Source: Rebecca billardiae RCC1528 (taxonomy: Eukaryota; Protista; Haptophyta). Taken from it: a DNA stretch of 64,000 nt. The stretch spans positions 124,001 to 188,000 of the forward strand of contig OZ251247.1 in the NCBI GenBank assembly GCA_965240325.2. Reading direction: 5' to 3'. Both the position numbers and the translations under genes were made by a program. Shown here piece by piece: positions 11,147 through 22,324 of the stretch. The notes under the pieces were generated by a model, which saw nothing but the letters and a program-made list of their open reading frames with translations, had not been told where the DNA came from and made no database searches. Position 1 is the stretch's first letter. Each line of letters opens with the position of its first letter.

Positions 11147-12240
11147 CGAGTCGAGCGCGAGAGAGGAGGAGGGCTGCCGATGCGTTGAGGTGAGGAACCG
11201 GCAGGGGGGTGGACAGGGCAAGGGCACCCGGCCTGTCTGGTACTCTGCTCCGGACTGCGCCGCCATCGTTACTCGGCGGGCACGGCCCTCCAGTCCTGGC
11301 CTGGCTGGCACGTACCCAGCCGCACGCCTTGGCGTCCGGACTCCTGGCCTCCTCCGCCGCCAAGGGCGGTCCTGGCCACTGTCAGCATCCTGCTGACGCC
11401 AGCTGACGACTACGCGCATTGACGACGATATGAACCGCATATCAAGTGCTGCTGCTATATACTGTCGTCGCCGTCGCCTGTGACTTATTGTATATAAGGC
11501 AGCGAGTCCGGCCGCCGGCGGCGCGGTCATTCTCGCGGTCGCGCGGATCCGCCGCACTCGGAGTGGCCACCGCGTGTCCGTGACTCAGCGCGGGCCGTCC
11601 CGTGTGAATTCGCCGGCGGCCTACTACGCACCGTTGGTAACACGGGGACGGCGTCGGCGGCACGGAGCAGACAGGCCGCCGCCTGAACTGCTCGTCGCCA
11701 CTGATATGTCTGAATCTGATGAGCCCGGACTCCCGGATGACTGTGACGCGACGCCTGCATAGCCATAGTGCATAATGGCTGCGGCCGTCTGCGGACCGAT
11801 ACCCGCCGTAGGCTGCTCACGGCACGCAATCGGCACTGCGGCCGCGACTCCGGCGGCCGCCGGGCAACGCTGCTCAGAGTGCACGTACACGCCGCACTGC
11901 GCATCGGACTCGGCAGTCCGGACTCGGCGCCTGCAGGCAGGACTCAGCCGCGCGGCGCACGTGCCGTCGCGCCGGCTAGCCCATCGCCCCCCCTCCCCCC
12001 CGCCCCCCGCCGGCAGGGCCCAGGGCGGCACGCGCGGCTTTCGTGCCGCAGCCCTCACCACCCGGAGACGCGCGCTGTTGCCCCCTCCGCTGCCCGTGCC
12101 GTGCGCACCCGTGCCGCGCCCAGTGCGCCCGGCATGCAGCAGCACCTCCCCCCTCCCCCCGCGCACCCCCACACTCCCCGCTGCAGGCAGGCGCGCAGTG
12201 GCTCCGGCTGCCGGCCCTCGCCCCTCGGAGGCAGGCGGCG

Positions 12241-13704
12241 TCAGCAGACGCGCGCACGCCACGCCATCTCGACGCGCGTGGGCGTGGCAATCCGCCGGGC
12301 GGGCTCGTCTCGCTCGGCCGCGCTCATGCCGAGGCCGAGCGCAGCCGAGCGCTTGCCGCACGCGTGCACGCTGCCGTCCGCACTCACAAACAGCGAGTGG
12401 GCGATGCCCATGGCACAGCGCACCACGCGCGCTTGCGCGAGGGCACTCACGCACGTGGGAGACTCGACGGCATTGTGCACGTGCCCCAGACCCAGCTGCG
12501 CACTCATGTTGTGCCCGAACGTGTGCACGCTGCCGTCCGCGCCCAGCACAGCGCTGCTGCGATCGCCAGCGCACGCGCGCACGATGCGCACAGCGGCGAG
12601 GGCGTCAAGCTGCCTCGGCGTGGGCTGCTTGCGCGTGTCTCCGTGCCCCAGCCTGCCACCCTCGCCGTGCCCAAACGAGTACACCGCCCCGTCGCTGTCC
12701 ACCACCAAGCTGTGGTACCAGCCCGCGCTCACGTGCATGGCGCGCACGCCCGCCAGCGCCTCGATGCGCTGCGGCGTGCGCTGAGCCTGCCTGTCGCCGT
12801 GACCGTGACGGCCACGGCTACCGTCGCCGCACGAGTAGACGGCGCAATGCGCAGATAGGAACAGCGTGTGAGCACCACCTGCAGCCACCCCGCCCACGCG
12901 CACGCCGTCCAGCGCCTCGATGCGCGTCGGCTCCAGCCGGTGCTCCGTGTCGCCGTGGCCGAGCTGGCTGTAATTGTTGCGGCCCCAGCTGTACGCGCAC
13001 CCAGCGGCGCTGAGCGCGAGGCTGTGATGGTCACCGGCCGAGATGGCGACGATGAGCTCGCTCGCGGGTAGCATGACGCGTGCGAACGACCGCCGCTCCT
13101 TCGTGTCCCCCAGCCCCAGCTGGCCCCAGCCGTTCTCGCCGCAGCCGTACACGGCGCCGGCCTCGCTCAGCGCGAGCAGGTGGTCACAGCCAGCGGCCAC
13201 AGCGACCACGCGCACCGCACTGAGGGAGGCCACGCGCGTCGGCACACGCACTGCATGCACGCCCGAGTGACCGATGGCCATGTGCGCTCGCCACTCGCCC
13301 GTCGGCTGCCAGTCCTCGTCCCACTCCCCCTCCTCGCCGCACGTATGCAGCCCGCCCTCCGCGTCCACAAACGCGCTGAAGCCCCCGCCTGCCGCGACGG
13401 GGGATGCGTGCGCGCATGCGAGCTCGAGCACGCGCTCGCGCATGAACAGCTCCCCCGTCCACGTGCGCACGCCCGAGGGCAGCGCCGCCGGCAGCAGCCG
13501 CTCGTGCCCGCGCGCGCGCGCGCGCTCGCGCAGCGCGCGCTCGACCGGAGAGCACCCGCCGGGCGGCGCGGCGTGGAAGAGGCGCGCCGTAGCGTTCAGG
13601 CTGGCGAGGTCGCGCGGCGGCAGGAGTGAGAGGATGCGGTCAAGCACCTCTGACGGCAGGTCGTCGAGCGCGAGGGGCGGCGTGCGCGTCCGTGCCGTGG
13701 GCAT
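12241..13704 (-). CDS. F-box + RCC1-repeat protein FR6
   Basis: MPTARTRTPP start at 13704; F-box and RCC1 repeats. Confidence 0.9.
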   Translation of the reverse strand: MPTARTRTPPLALDDLPSEVLDRILSLLPPRDLASLNATARLFHAAPPGGCSPVERALRERARARGHERLLPAALPSGVRTWTGELFMRERVLELACAHASPVAAGGGFSAFVDAEGGLHTCGEEGEWDEDWQPTGEWRAHMAIGHSGVHAVRVPTRVASLSAVRVVAVAAGCDHLLALSEAGAVYGCGENGWGQLGLGDTKERRSFARVMLPASELIVAISAGDHHSLALSAAGCAYSWGRNNYSQLGHGDTEHRLEPTRIEALDGVRVGGVAAGGAHTLFLSAHCAVYSCGDGSRGRHGHGDRQAQRTPQRIEALAGVRAMHVSAGWYHSLVVDSDGAVYSFGHGEGGRLGHGDTRKQPTPRQLDALAAVRIVRACAGDRSSAVLGADGSVHTFGHNMSAQLGLGHVHNAVESPTCVSALAQARVVRCAMGIAHSLFVSADGSVHACGKRSAALGLGMSAAERDEPARRIATPTRVEMAWRARVC

Positions 13705-14475
13705 CGAGCCGAGCGCGAGACAAGACGAGGGGCCGAGCGGAGGGCGGTGCGCTGCGGAGGACAGGGCCTGGACAGTCCGACAGTGGCAAACCGTCTCCAC
13801 AGCGAGGGTGCTGAGCTGCGCGGTTGATCACTGGCGGGCCGGCCGTGAACGCCTACTACCGTTGGTAACACGGGGACGGCGTCGCCGGCACGGAGCAGAC
13901 AGGCCGCCGCCTGAACTCGCGTCGCCACTGATGTCTGATGTGGATCCGTGATGTGAGCCGACCCGGATCGGAAGTGATGACGACGCCTGCATACTCTGCT
14001 GCATAGCAGTGCATAATGGCTGCGGCTCTAGCCGATACCCGCTAGGCTGCTCACGGCACGCAATCGGCACTGCGGCCGCGACTCCGGCGGCCGCCGGGCA
14101 GCGCTGCTCAGAGTGCACGTACACGCCGCACTGCGCATCGGACTCGGCAGTCCGGACTCGGCGTCTGCAGGCAGCGCTCAGCCGCGCGGCGCACGTGCCG
14201 TCGCGCCGGCTAGCCCACCGCCCCCCCTCCCACCCGCCCCCCGCCGGCAGGGCCCAGGGCGGCACGCGCGGCTTTCGTGCCGCAGCCCTCACCGCCCGGA
14301 GACGCGCGCTGTTGCCCCCTCCGCGGCCCGTGCCGTGCGCACCCGTGCCGCGCCCAGTGCGCCCGGCGTGCAGCGGCACCCCCCCTCCTCCCCCCGCGCA
14401 CCCCCACACTCCCCGCTGCAGGCAGGCGCGCAGCGGCTCCGGCTGCCGGCCCTCGCCCCTCGGAGGCAGGCGGCG

Positions 14476-15933
14476 TCAGCAGACGCGCGCACGCCACCCC
14501 GTCTCGACGCACGTGGGCTTGGCAATCCGCTGGGTGGGCGCGTCTTGCTCGGCCGCGCTCATGCCGAGGCCGAGCGCAGCCGAGCGCTCACCGCACGCGT
14601 ACACGCTGCCGTCCGCACTCACAAACAGCGAGTGGGAGCCGCCCATGGCACAGCGCACCACACGAGCTTGGGCGAGCACGCCCACTCGTGCGGGGGTCTT
14701 GGAAGCCGCTTTCCCGCGCCGCCCGAGCTGCCCATGCGTGTTGTCCCCGAACGTGTGCACGCTGCCGTCCGCGCCCAGCACCGCACTGCAGCCTGAGCCA
14801 GCGCACGCGCGCACGGCGCGCACAGCGGCGAGGGCGTCAATCCGCCTCGGCGCGAGCTGCTCGTCCCTGCCTGCGTGCCCGAGCACGCCGTCTTCACCAT
14901 CCCCGAACGAGTACACCGCCCCCTCGCTGCCCACCACCAGGCTGTGCGCGTAGCCTGCGCTCACGTGCACGGCGCGCACGCCCGCGAGCGCCTCGATGCG
15001 CCTCGGCGTGTGCTGATCCTGCCAGTCGCCGTGGCCGAGCTTGCCAGAGGAGCCATCGCCGCACGAGTACACGGCGCCGTGTGCAGAGAGCATTAGCGTG
15101 TAAGAATGCCCAGCCGCCACGCCGCCCGTGCGCACGCCGTCCAGCGCCTCGATGCGCGTCGGCTCCCACCGCTGCTCCGTGTCGCCGTGGCCGAGCTGGC
15201 CATACTCGTTGTCGCCCCAGCTGTACGCGCACCCAGCGGCGCTGAGCGCGAGGCTGTGCTGGTCACCGGCCGAGATGGCAAGGATGGGCTCAGTCGCGGG
15301 TAGCTTGGCGAGAGCGAATACTGAAACCTGCTCCGCCGTGCCTCCCAGCCCGAGCTGGCCGAACGTGTTGCAGCCGCAGCCGTACACGGCGCCGGCCTCG
15401 CTCAGCGCGAGCAGGTGTTGTTCGCGAGCGGCCACGGCGACCACGCGCACACCGCCGAGGGAGGCGACGTGCGTCGGCACGCGCACTGCCTGCATGCCAG
15501 TGTGGTCGATCGCCTCGTGTGCTCGAAACAGCCAATGTCCGTGCCCGTCCCACACCGGCTCCTCGCCGCACGTGTGCAGCCCGCCCTCTGCGTCCACAAA
15601 CGCGCTGAAGCCGTTGCCGGTGGCGACGGCGGCGGCATGCACGCACGCGAGCTCGAGCACGCGCTCGCGCAGGAACAACTCCTCCACCCACGTGCGCACG
15701 CCCGCCGGCAGCGTCGGCGGCAGCGCGCGCTCGTGCCCCCGCGCGCGCGTGCGCTCGCGCAGCGCGTGCTCGACCGGCGAGCACCCGCCGGGCGGCGCGG
15801 CGTGGAAGAGGCGCGCCGTGGCGTTGGCAGCGGCAAGGTCGGGCAACGCAAGGAAGGTGGCGACTCGTGTTAGCGCGTCGTGCGGCAGGCCGTCGAGCGC
15901 GGGGGGCGGCGTGCGCGTCCGTGCCGTGGCCAT
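14476..15933 (-). CDS. F-box + RCC1-repeat protein FR7 (divergent F-box)
   Basis: Start at 15933; F-box variant LDGLPHDALTRVATFL; RCC1 repeats. Confidence 0.88.
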   Translation of the reverse strand: MATARTRTPPPALDGLPHDALTRVATFLALPDLAAANATARLFHAAPPGGCSPVEHALRERTRARGHERALPPTLPAGVRTWVEELFLRERVLELACVHAAAVATGNGFSAFVDAEGGLHTCGEEPVWDGHGHWLFRAHEAIDHTGMQAVRVPTHVASLGGVRVVAVAAREQHLLALSEAGAVYGCGCNTFGQLGLGGTAEQVSVFALAKLPATEPILAISAGDQHSLALSAAGCAYSWGDNEYGQLGHGDTEQRWEPTRIEALDGVRTGGVAAGHSYTLMLSAHGAVYSCGDGSSGKLGHGDWQDQHTPRRIEALAGVRAVHVSAGYAHSLVVGSEGAVYSFGDGEDGVLGHAGRDEQLAPRRIDALAAVRAVRACAGSGCSAVLGADGSVHTFGDNTHGQLGRRGKAASKTPARVGVLAQARVVRCAMGGSHSLFVSADGSVYACGERSAALGLGMSAAEQDAPTQRIAKPTCVETGWRARVC

Positions 15934-16226
15934 CGAGCCGCAGCGCGAGAGAAGACGAGGGGAAGGGCCGAGCGGAGGGCGGTGCCGGTGCGCTGGAGGA
16001 CACGGCACGGCACCCCTCCGCCTGGATGCACCAGGGCAAACCGTCTCCCAAGCAAGTCGTACAGCGAGGGTGCTGAGCTGCGTCAGTCCTAGCCACTGTG
16101 AGTCAGTAGCCTGCTGACGACGGCACTACGCGCATTGATACCGCGCATCACTGCTACTGCTCGTCTGCGACTTGTGAGCAGCGTCCGGCGCAGTTGATCA
16201 CTGGCGGGCCGGTCGTGAACACCGCC

Positions 16227-17001
16227 TCCACCCGTTCAGGCGCCCGCTGTCGGGTCGGATCTGGGGGTTGGCCCGCGGCGCTCGCGGAAAACATTTCAGT
16301 TGAAATGGCTTCCGGCTGCGCGCCGGTAAAGTGGCCCTGCCAGTGGCGTGCGCGGCCTCGCCTCGCGTGCGCGCCAGTGAAGACGAAGGCTGGGCGACGG
16401 CGCGCGAGGCGGGTACGTCTGGTCGCACCTACTGACCCCTTCTGACGCTCATGGCTCGCCTCCGTAGCCTCTTCTGCGCCCATGGTCACTGCGTACGTCC
16501 ATGCGTCTGCATGCCGTTGCGGCTGGCGGTGCTTGCGCCGTCGCTTCATCGCACCGGATGTGCTGCAAGGGCAAGACGCGGGCTTCCTGAAGAGAGAACA
16601 TATATATACCAGCCCCATGCGCACCGGTTCAAGCCACGACTCAAGCGCATGTCGCGGACAGAAGCGGGCGCGGTAGGCAACGTTTGGCCTTCTCGGTCGG
16701 TGGCAGTCGAGTAGTGCTCAGAAGCGGAGAAGAGTCTAAAGAAGAGGCTGAGGCGGCACACTTCTGCAGAGCCGGATGTCCCTTGAGCAGTTCTTCAAAT
16801 GATGGCCGCGATGCGCCGTCGCCACGGCCATGCCAGCCGCCGCAGACGACACGCGCGACGGGCGGCGCGACGGGTCTTGGCGCTCATCTCGCAGTGGCGC
16901 GCACTGCGCGCCACTGTGTCCGGGCGGAATTATGCGTACCGGGTACGCATAATTCCGCCCCGGACTCGTGTGAGTTAGGTCGGGTCGCCTGAACGGGTGG
17001 A
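16227..17001. mobile_element. Non-autonomous TIR element (MITE, about 775 bp) inserted in the array spacer
   Basis: 16-bp TIRs TCCACCCGTTCAGGCG / CGCCTGAACGGGTGGA. It interrupts the conserved spacer motif GAACACCG|TTGGTAACAC, with CACCGC repeated on both sides. Confidence 0.8.
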
Positions 17002-17652
17002 CACCGCGCTGGTAACACGCGGGGACGGCGCCCGCGGCAGAGCAGACCAGCCGCGCCTGAGTGCGGCGCCACTCTGAGTCAGAGTACTCTGACTCATCAA
17101 TATATCATGTCTCATTGATGAGTCATATGACTCACTCATGCTGAGACGACCTGACCGGCCGGATTGATGACGCCTGCAGAATAGCAGTGCGTGGCTGGCT
17201 CTGGGTGACACTCCAGCTCGGCTGCTCACGGCACGCAGTCGGCACTGCGGCCGCGACTCCGACGGCCGCCGGGCAGCGCTGCTCAGAGTGCACGTACACG
17301 CCGCACTGCGCATCGGACTCGGCAGTCCGGACTAGGCGCCCGCAGGCAGGACTCAGCCGCGCGGCGCACGTGCCGTCGCGCCGGCTAGACCCCCGCCCCC
17401 CCTCCCCCCCCCGCCCCCCGCCGGCAGGGCCCAGGGCGGCACGCGCGGCTTTCGTGCCGCAGCCCTCACCACCCGGAGACGCGCGCTGTTGCCCCCTCCG
17501 CGGCCCGTGCCGTGCGCACCCGTGCCGCGCCCAGTGCGCCCGGCGTGCAGCAGCACCTCCCCTCCTCCCCCCGCGCACCCCCACACTCCCCGCTGCAGGC
17601 AGGCGCGCAGCGGCTCCGGCTGCAGGCCCTCGCCCCTCGGAGGCAGGCGGCG

Positions 17653-19116
17653 TCAGCAGACGCGCGCACGCCACGCCGTCTCGACGCACGTGGGCTTGGC
17701 AATCCGCTGGGTGGGCTCGTCTTGCTCGGCCGCGCTCATGCCAAGGCCGAGCGCAGCCGAGCGCTCACCGCACGCGTACACGCTGCCGTCCGCACTCACA
17801 AACAGCGAGTGGAAGTAGCCCACGGCACAGCGCACCACACGAGCTTGGGCGAGCACGCCCACTCGTGCGGGGGTCTTGAAAGCCGCTTTCCCGGGCCGCC
17901 CGAGCTGCCCATGCGTGTTATCCCCGAACGTGTGCACGCTGCCGTCCGCGCCCAGCACCGCGCTGCTGCCAGAGCCGGCGCACGCGCGCACGATGCGCAC
18001 AGCGGCGAGGGCGTCAAGCTGCCTCGGCGTGCGCTGCTCGTGCGTGTCGCCGTGCCCCAGCCTGCCCTCCCCGCCGTGCCCAAACGAGTACACCGCCCCG
18101 TCTGCGTCCACCACCAGGCTGTGCTCACTGCCCGCGCTCACGCGCACGGCGCGCACGCCCGCGAGCGCCTCGATGCGCCTTGGCGTGCGCTGAGCCTGCC
18201 TGTCGCCGTGACCGAGACGGCCACGGCTACCGTCGCCGCACGAGTACACGGCGCAATGCGCAGATAGGAACAGCGTGTGAAAGAAACCCGCAGCCACCCC
18301 GCCCACGCGCACGCCGTCCAGCGCCTCGATGCGCGTCGGCTCCCACCGGTTCTTCCTGTCACCGTGGCCGAGCTGGCCGTCACTGTTCCAGCCCCAGCTG
18401 TACGCGCACCCAGCGGCGCTGAGCGCGAGGCTGTGCTGAATGCCCGCCGCGATGCCGACGATGAGCTCGCTCGCGGGTAGCATGACGCGTGCGAACAAGT
18501 GCCGCTTCTCCGTGTCCCCCAGCCCGAGCTGGCCGTACGTGTTGCCGCCGCAGCCGTACACGGCGCCGGCGTCGCTCAGCGCGAGCAGGTGGTCCCAGCC
18601 TGCGGCCACCGCGACCACGCGCACCGCGCTAAGGGAGGCCACGCGCGTCGGCACACGCACTGCATGCACGCCCGAGTGACCGATGGTCATGTGCGCTCGA
18701 TACTCGCCCGTCGGCTGCAGGGTGACCTCGTCCCGCACCTCCTCCTCGCCGCACGTGTGCAGCCCGCCCTCCGCGTCCACAAACGCGCTGAAGCGGAGGC
18801 CTGCCGCCACGGGAGATGCGTGCGCGCATGCGAGCTCGAGGACACCCTCGCGCACAAACAGCTCCTCAGTCCACGTGCGCACGCCCGAGGGCAGCGACGC
18901 CGGCAGCGCGCGCTCGTGCCCACGCGCGCGCGCGCGCTCGCGCAGTGCGTGCTCGACCGGCGAGCACCCGCCGGGCGGCGCGGCGTGGTAGAGGCGCGCC
19001 GTAGCGTTCAGGCTGGCGAGATCGCGCGGCGGCAGGCATACGATGATGCGGGCGAGCACTTCCGGGGGCAGGTCGTCAAGCGCGAGGGGCGGCGTGCGCG
19101 TCCGTGCCGTGGCCAT
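17653..19116 (-). CDS. F-box + RCC1-repeat protein FR8
   Basis: MATARTRTPP start at 19116; F-box and RCC1 repeats. Confidence 0.9.
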   Translation of the reverse strand: MATARTRTPPLALDDLPPEVLARIIVCLPPRDLASLNATARLYHAAPPGGCSPVEHALRERARARGHERALPASLPSGVRTWTEELFVREGVLELACAHASPVAAGLRFSAFVDAEGGLHTCGEEEVRDEVTLQPTGEYRAHMTIGHSGVHAVRVPTRVASLSAVRVVAVAAGWDHLLALSDAGAVYGCGGNTYGQLGLGDTEKRHLFARVMLPASELIVGIAAGIQHSLALSAAGCAYSWGWNSDGQLGHGDRKNRWEPTRIEALDGVRVGGVAAGFFHTLFLSAHCAVYSCGDGSRGRLGHGDRQAQRTPRRIEALAGVRAVRVSAGSEHSLVVDADGAVYSFGHGGEGRLGHGDTHEQRTPRQLDALAAVRIVRACAGSGSSAVLGADGSVHTFGDNTHGQLGRPGKAAFKTPARVGVLAQARVVRCAVGYFHSLFVSADGSVYACGERSAALGLGMSAAEQDEPTQRIAKPTCVETAWRARVC

Positions 19117-19990
19117 CGAGCCGAGCGCGAGAGAAGACGAGGGGAAGGGCCGAGCGGAGGCGTGCGCGGCGGAGGACAGAGCCTGGACAGTCCGACAGTG
19201 GCAAACCGTCTCCGAGTCACAGCGAGGGTGCTGACGAGCTGCGTCAGCTCCTGGCCAACTGCCAGCAAGGTTGGTACTGTCACTTGTCAGTTCCTGCTGA
19301 CGCCGGCTGACTACGCGCATTGATGCCGCGCATATCACTGCTACTGCGCTCGTCTGCGACTTGTGAGCAGTGTCCGGCGCAGTTGATCACTGGCGGGCCG
19401 GTCGTGCACACCGTTATTGGTAACACGGGGACGGCGTCCGCCGGGCAGAGCAGACCGGCCGCGCCTGACTCTGAGTCGCCACTGAGTCAGTGACGAGACG
19501 ACCCGGATGATGAATGACGCCTGCATAGTGCATGGCTGGCTCTGGCCGACACCAGCTCGGCTGCTCACGGCACGCAGTCGGCACTGCGGCCGCGACTGCG
19601 ACGGCCGCCGGGCAGCGCTGCTCAGAGCGCCACGTACACGCCGCACTGCGCATCGGACCCGGCAGTCCGGACTCGGCGCCTGCGGGCAGGACTCAGCCGC
19701 GCGGCGCACGTGCCGTCGCGCCGGCTAGCCCACCGCCCCCCCTCCCCCCCGCCCCCCGCCGGCAGGGCCCAGGGCGGCACGCGCGGCTTTCGTGCCGCAG
19801 CCCTCACCACCCGGAGACGCGCGCTGTTGCCCCCTCCGCGGCCCGTGCCGTGCGCACCCGTGCCGCGCCCAGTGCGCCCGGCGTGCAGCGGCACCTCCCC
19901 TCCTCCCCCCGCGCACCCCCACACTCCCCGCTGCAGGCAGGCCCGCAGCGGCTCCGGCTGCCGGCCCTCGCCCCTCGGAGGCAGGCGGCG

Positions 19991-21454
19991 TCAGCAGACG
20001 CGCGCACGCCACGCCGTCTCGACGCACGTGGGCTTGGCAATCCGCTGGGTGGGCGCGTCTTGCTCGGCCGCGCTCATGCCGAGGCCGAGCGCAGCCGAGC
20101 GCTTGCCGCACGCGTACACGCTGCCGTCCGCACTCACAAACAGCGAGTGGGAGTTGCCTATGGCGCAGCGCACCACACGAGCTTGGGCGAGCGCACCCAC
20201 TCGTGCGGGGGTCTTGGAAGCCGCTTTCCCGCGCCGCCCGAGCTGGCCGTACCAGTTGCACCCGAACGTGTGCACGCTGCCGTCCGCGCCCAGCACCGCG
20301 CTGGTGTGAAAGCTGGCGCACGCGCGCACGGCGCGCACACCCGCGAGGGAGTCGATCCACCTCGGCGTGGGCTGCTTGTGCGTGTCTCCGTGCCCCAGCT
20401 TGCCATCCTCGCCGTGCCCAAACGAGTACACCGCCCCGTCTGCGTCCACCACCAGGCTGTGCTCCTCGCCCGCGCTCACGTGCACGGCGCGCACGCCCGC
20501 GAGCGCCTCGATGCGCCTCGGCGTGCGCTGATCCTCCTCGTCACCGTGGCCGAGCTGGCCGTAGTCGCCGTCGCCGCACGAGTAGACGGCGCAATGCGCA
20601 GATAGGAACAGCGTGTGAAACCAACCCGCAGCCACCCCGCCCACGCGCACGCCGTCCAGCGCCTCGATGCGCGTCGGCTCCCACTGGTCCTTCGTGTCGC
20701 CGTGGCCGAGCTGGCCGCAGTAGTTGCCGCCCCAGCTGTACGCACAGCCAGCGGCGGCGAGCGCGAGGCTGTGGCTCGCGCCGGCCGAGATGGCGACGGC
20801 GGGCTCGCTCGCGGGTAGCATGGCGCGTGCGAACGCGTGCCGCTCCTTCGTGTCCCCCAGCCCGAGCTGGCCCCAGTCGTTCTGGCCGCAGCCGTACACG
20901 GCGCCGGCGTCGCTCAGCGCGAGCAGGTGATACTCTCCGGCGGCCACGGCGACCACGCGCACTGCGCCGAGGGAGGCGACGTGCGTCGGCTCGCGCACTG
21001 CATGCTCGCCCGAGTGACCGATGGCCACGTGCACTCGATACTCGCCCGTGGGCTGCTCGGTTACCTCGTCCAGCAACGCCTCCTCGCCGCACGTGTGCAG
21101 CCCGCCCTCCGCGTCCACAAACGCGCTGATTTCAGGGCCGGTCGCGACGGCGGCGGCATGCACGCACGCCAGCTCAAGCACGCGCTCGCGCAGGAACAGC
21201 TCCTCCACCCATGTGCGCACGCCCGCCGGCAGCGACGCCGGCAGCGCGCGCTCGTGCCCGCGCGTGCGCGTGCGCTCGCGCAGCGCGTGCTCGACCGGCG
21301 AGCAGCCGCCGGGCGGCGTGGCGTGGAAGAGGCGCGCGGTAGCGTTCAGGCTGGCGAGGTCACGCGACGGCAGGGGCAAGACGATGCGGTCGAGAACTTC
21401 CCGGGGCAGGTCGTCGAGCGCGAGGGGCGGCGTGCGCGTCCGTGCCGTGGCCAT
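19991..21454 (-). CDS. F-box + RCC1-repeat protein FR9
   Basis: Start at 21454; F-box and RCC1 repeats. Confidence 0.9.
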   Translation of the reverse strand: MATARTRTPPLALDDLPREVLDRIVLPLPSRDLASLNATARLFHATPPGGCSPVEHALRERTRTRGHERALPASLPAGVRTWVEELFLRERVLELACVHAAAVATGPEISAFVDAEGGLHTCGEEALLDEVTEQPTGEYRVHVAIGHSGEHAVREPTHVASLGAVRVVAVAAGEYHLLALSDAGAVYGCGQNDWGQLGLGDTKERHAFARAMLPASEPAVAISAGASHSLALAAAGCAYSWGGNYCGQLGHGDTKDQWEPTRIEALDGVRVGGVAAGWFHTLFLSAHCAVYSCGDGDYGQLGHGDEEDQRTPRRIEALAGVRAVHVSAGEEHSLVVDADGAVYSFGHGEDGKLGHGDTHKQPTPRWIDSLAGVRAVRACASFHTSAVLGADGSVHTFGCNWYGQLGRRGKAASKTPARVGALAQARVVRCAIGNSHSLFVSADGSVYACGKRSAALGLGMSAAEQDAPTQRIAKPTCVETAWRARVC

Positions 21455-22324
21455 CGAGCCGAGCGCGAGAGAAGACGAGGGGAAGGGCCGAGCGGAGGCG
21501 TGCGCTGCGGAGGACACGGCACCCCTACCCCTCCGCCTGGATGCACCAGGGCAAACCGTCGCTCCCAGCACAGCCAAGTCACAGCGAGGGTGCTGCCAGC
21601 TCAGAGCTGCGTCAGTCCTAGCCACTGTCAGTAGCCTGCTGACGACGGCACTACGCGCATTGATACCGCATCACTGCTACTGCTCGTCTGTGACTTGTGA
21701 GCAGCGTCCGGCGCGGTTGATCACTGGCGGGCCGGTCGTGAACACAGCGTTGGTAACACTAACACGGGGACGGCGTCCACGGCAGAGCAGACCGGCCGCG
21801 CCCTGAGTCGCCACTGAGTCAGTGACGAGACGACCCGGATGATGAATGACGCCTGCATAGTGCATGGCTGGCTCTGGCCGACACCAGCTCGGCTGCTCAC
21901 GGCACGCAGTCGGCACTGCGGCCGCGACTGCGACGGCCGCCGGGCAGCGCTGCTCAGAGCGCACGTACACGCCGCACTGCGCATCGGACTCGGCAGTCCG
22001 GACTCGGCGCCTGCAGGCAGGACTCAGCCGCGCGGCGCACGTGCCGTCGCGCCGGCTAGCCCACCGCCCCCCCTCCCACCCGCCCCCCGCCGGCAGGGCC
22101 CAGGGCGGCACGCGCGGCTTTCGTGCCGCAGCCCTCACCGCCCGGAGACGCGCGCTGTTGCCCCCTCCGCTGCCCGTGCCGTGCGCACCCGTGCCGCGCC
22201 CAGTGCGCCTGGCATGCAGCAGCACCTCCCCTCCTCCCCCCCCCGCACACCTCCACACTCCCCGCCGCAGGCAGGCCCGCAGCTGCTCCGGCTGCCTGCC
22301 CTCGCCCCTCGGAGGCAGGCGGCG

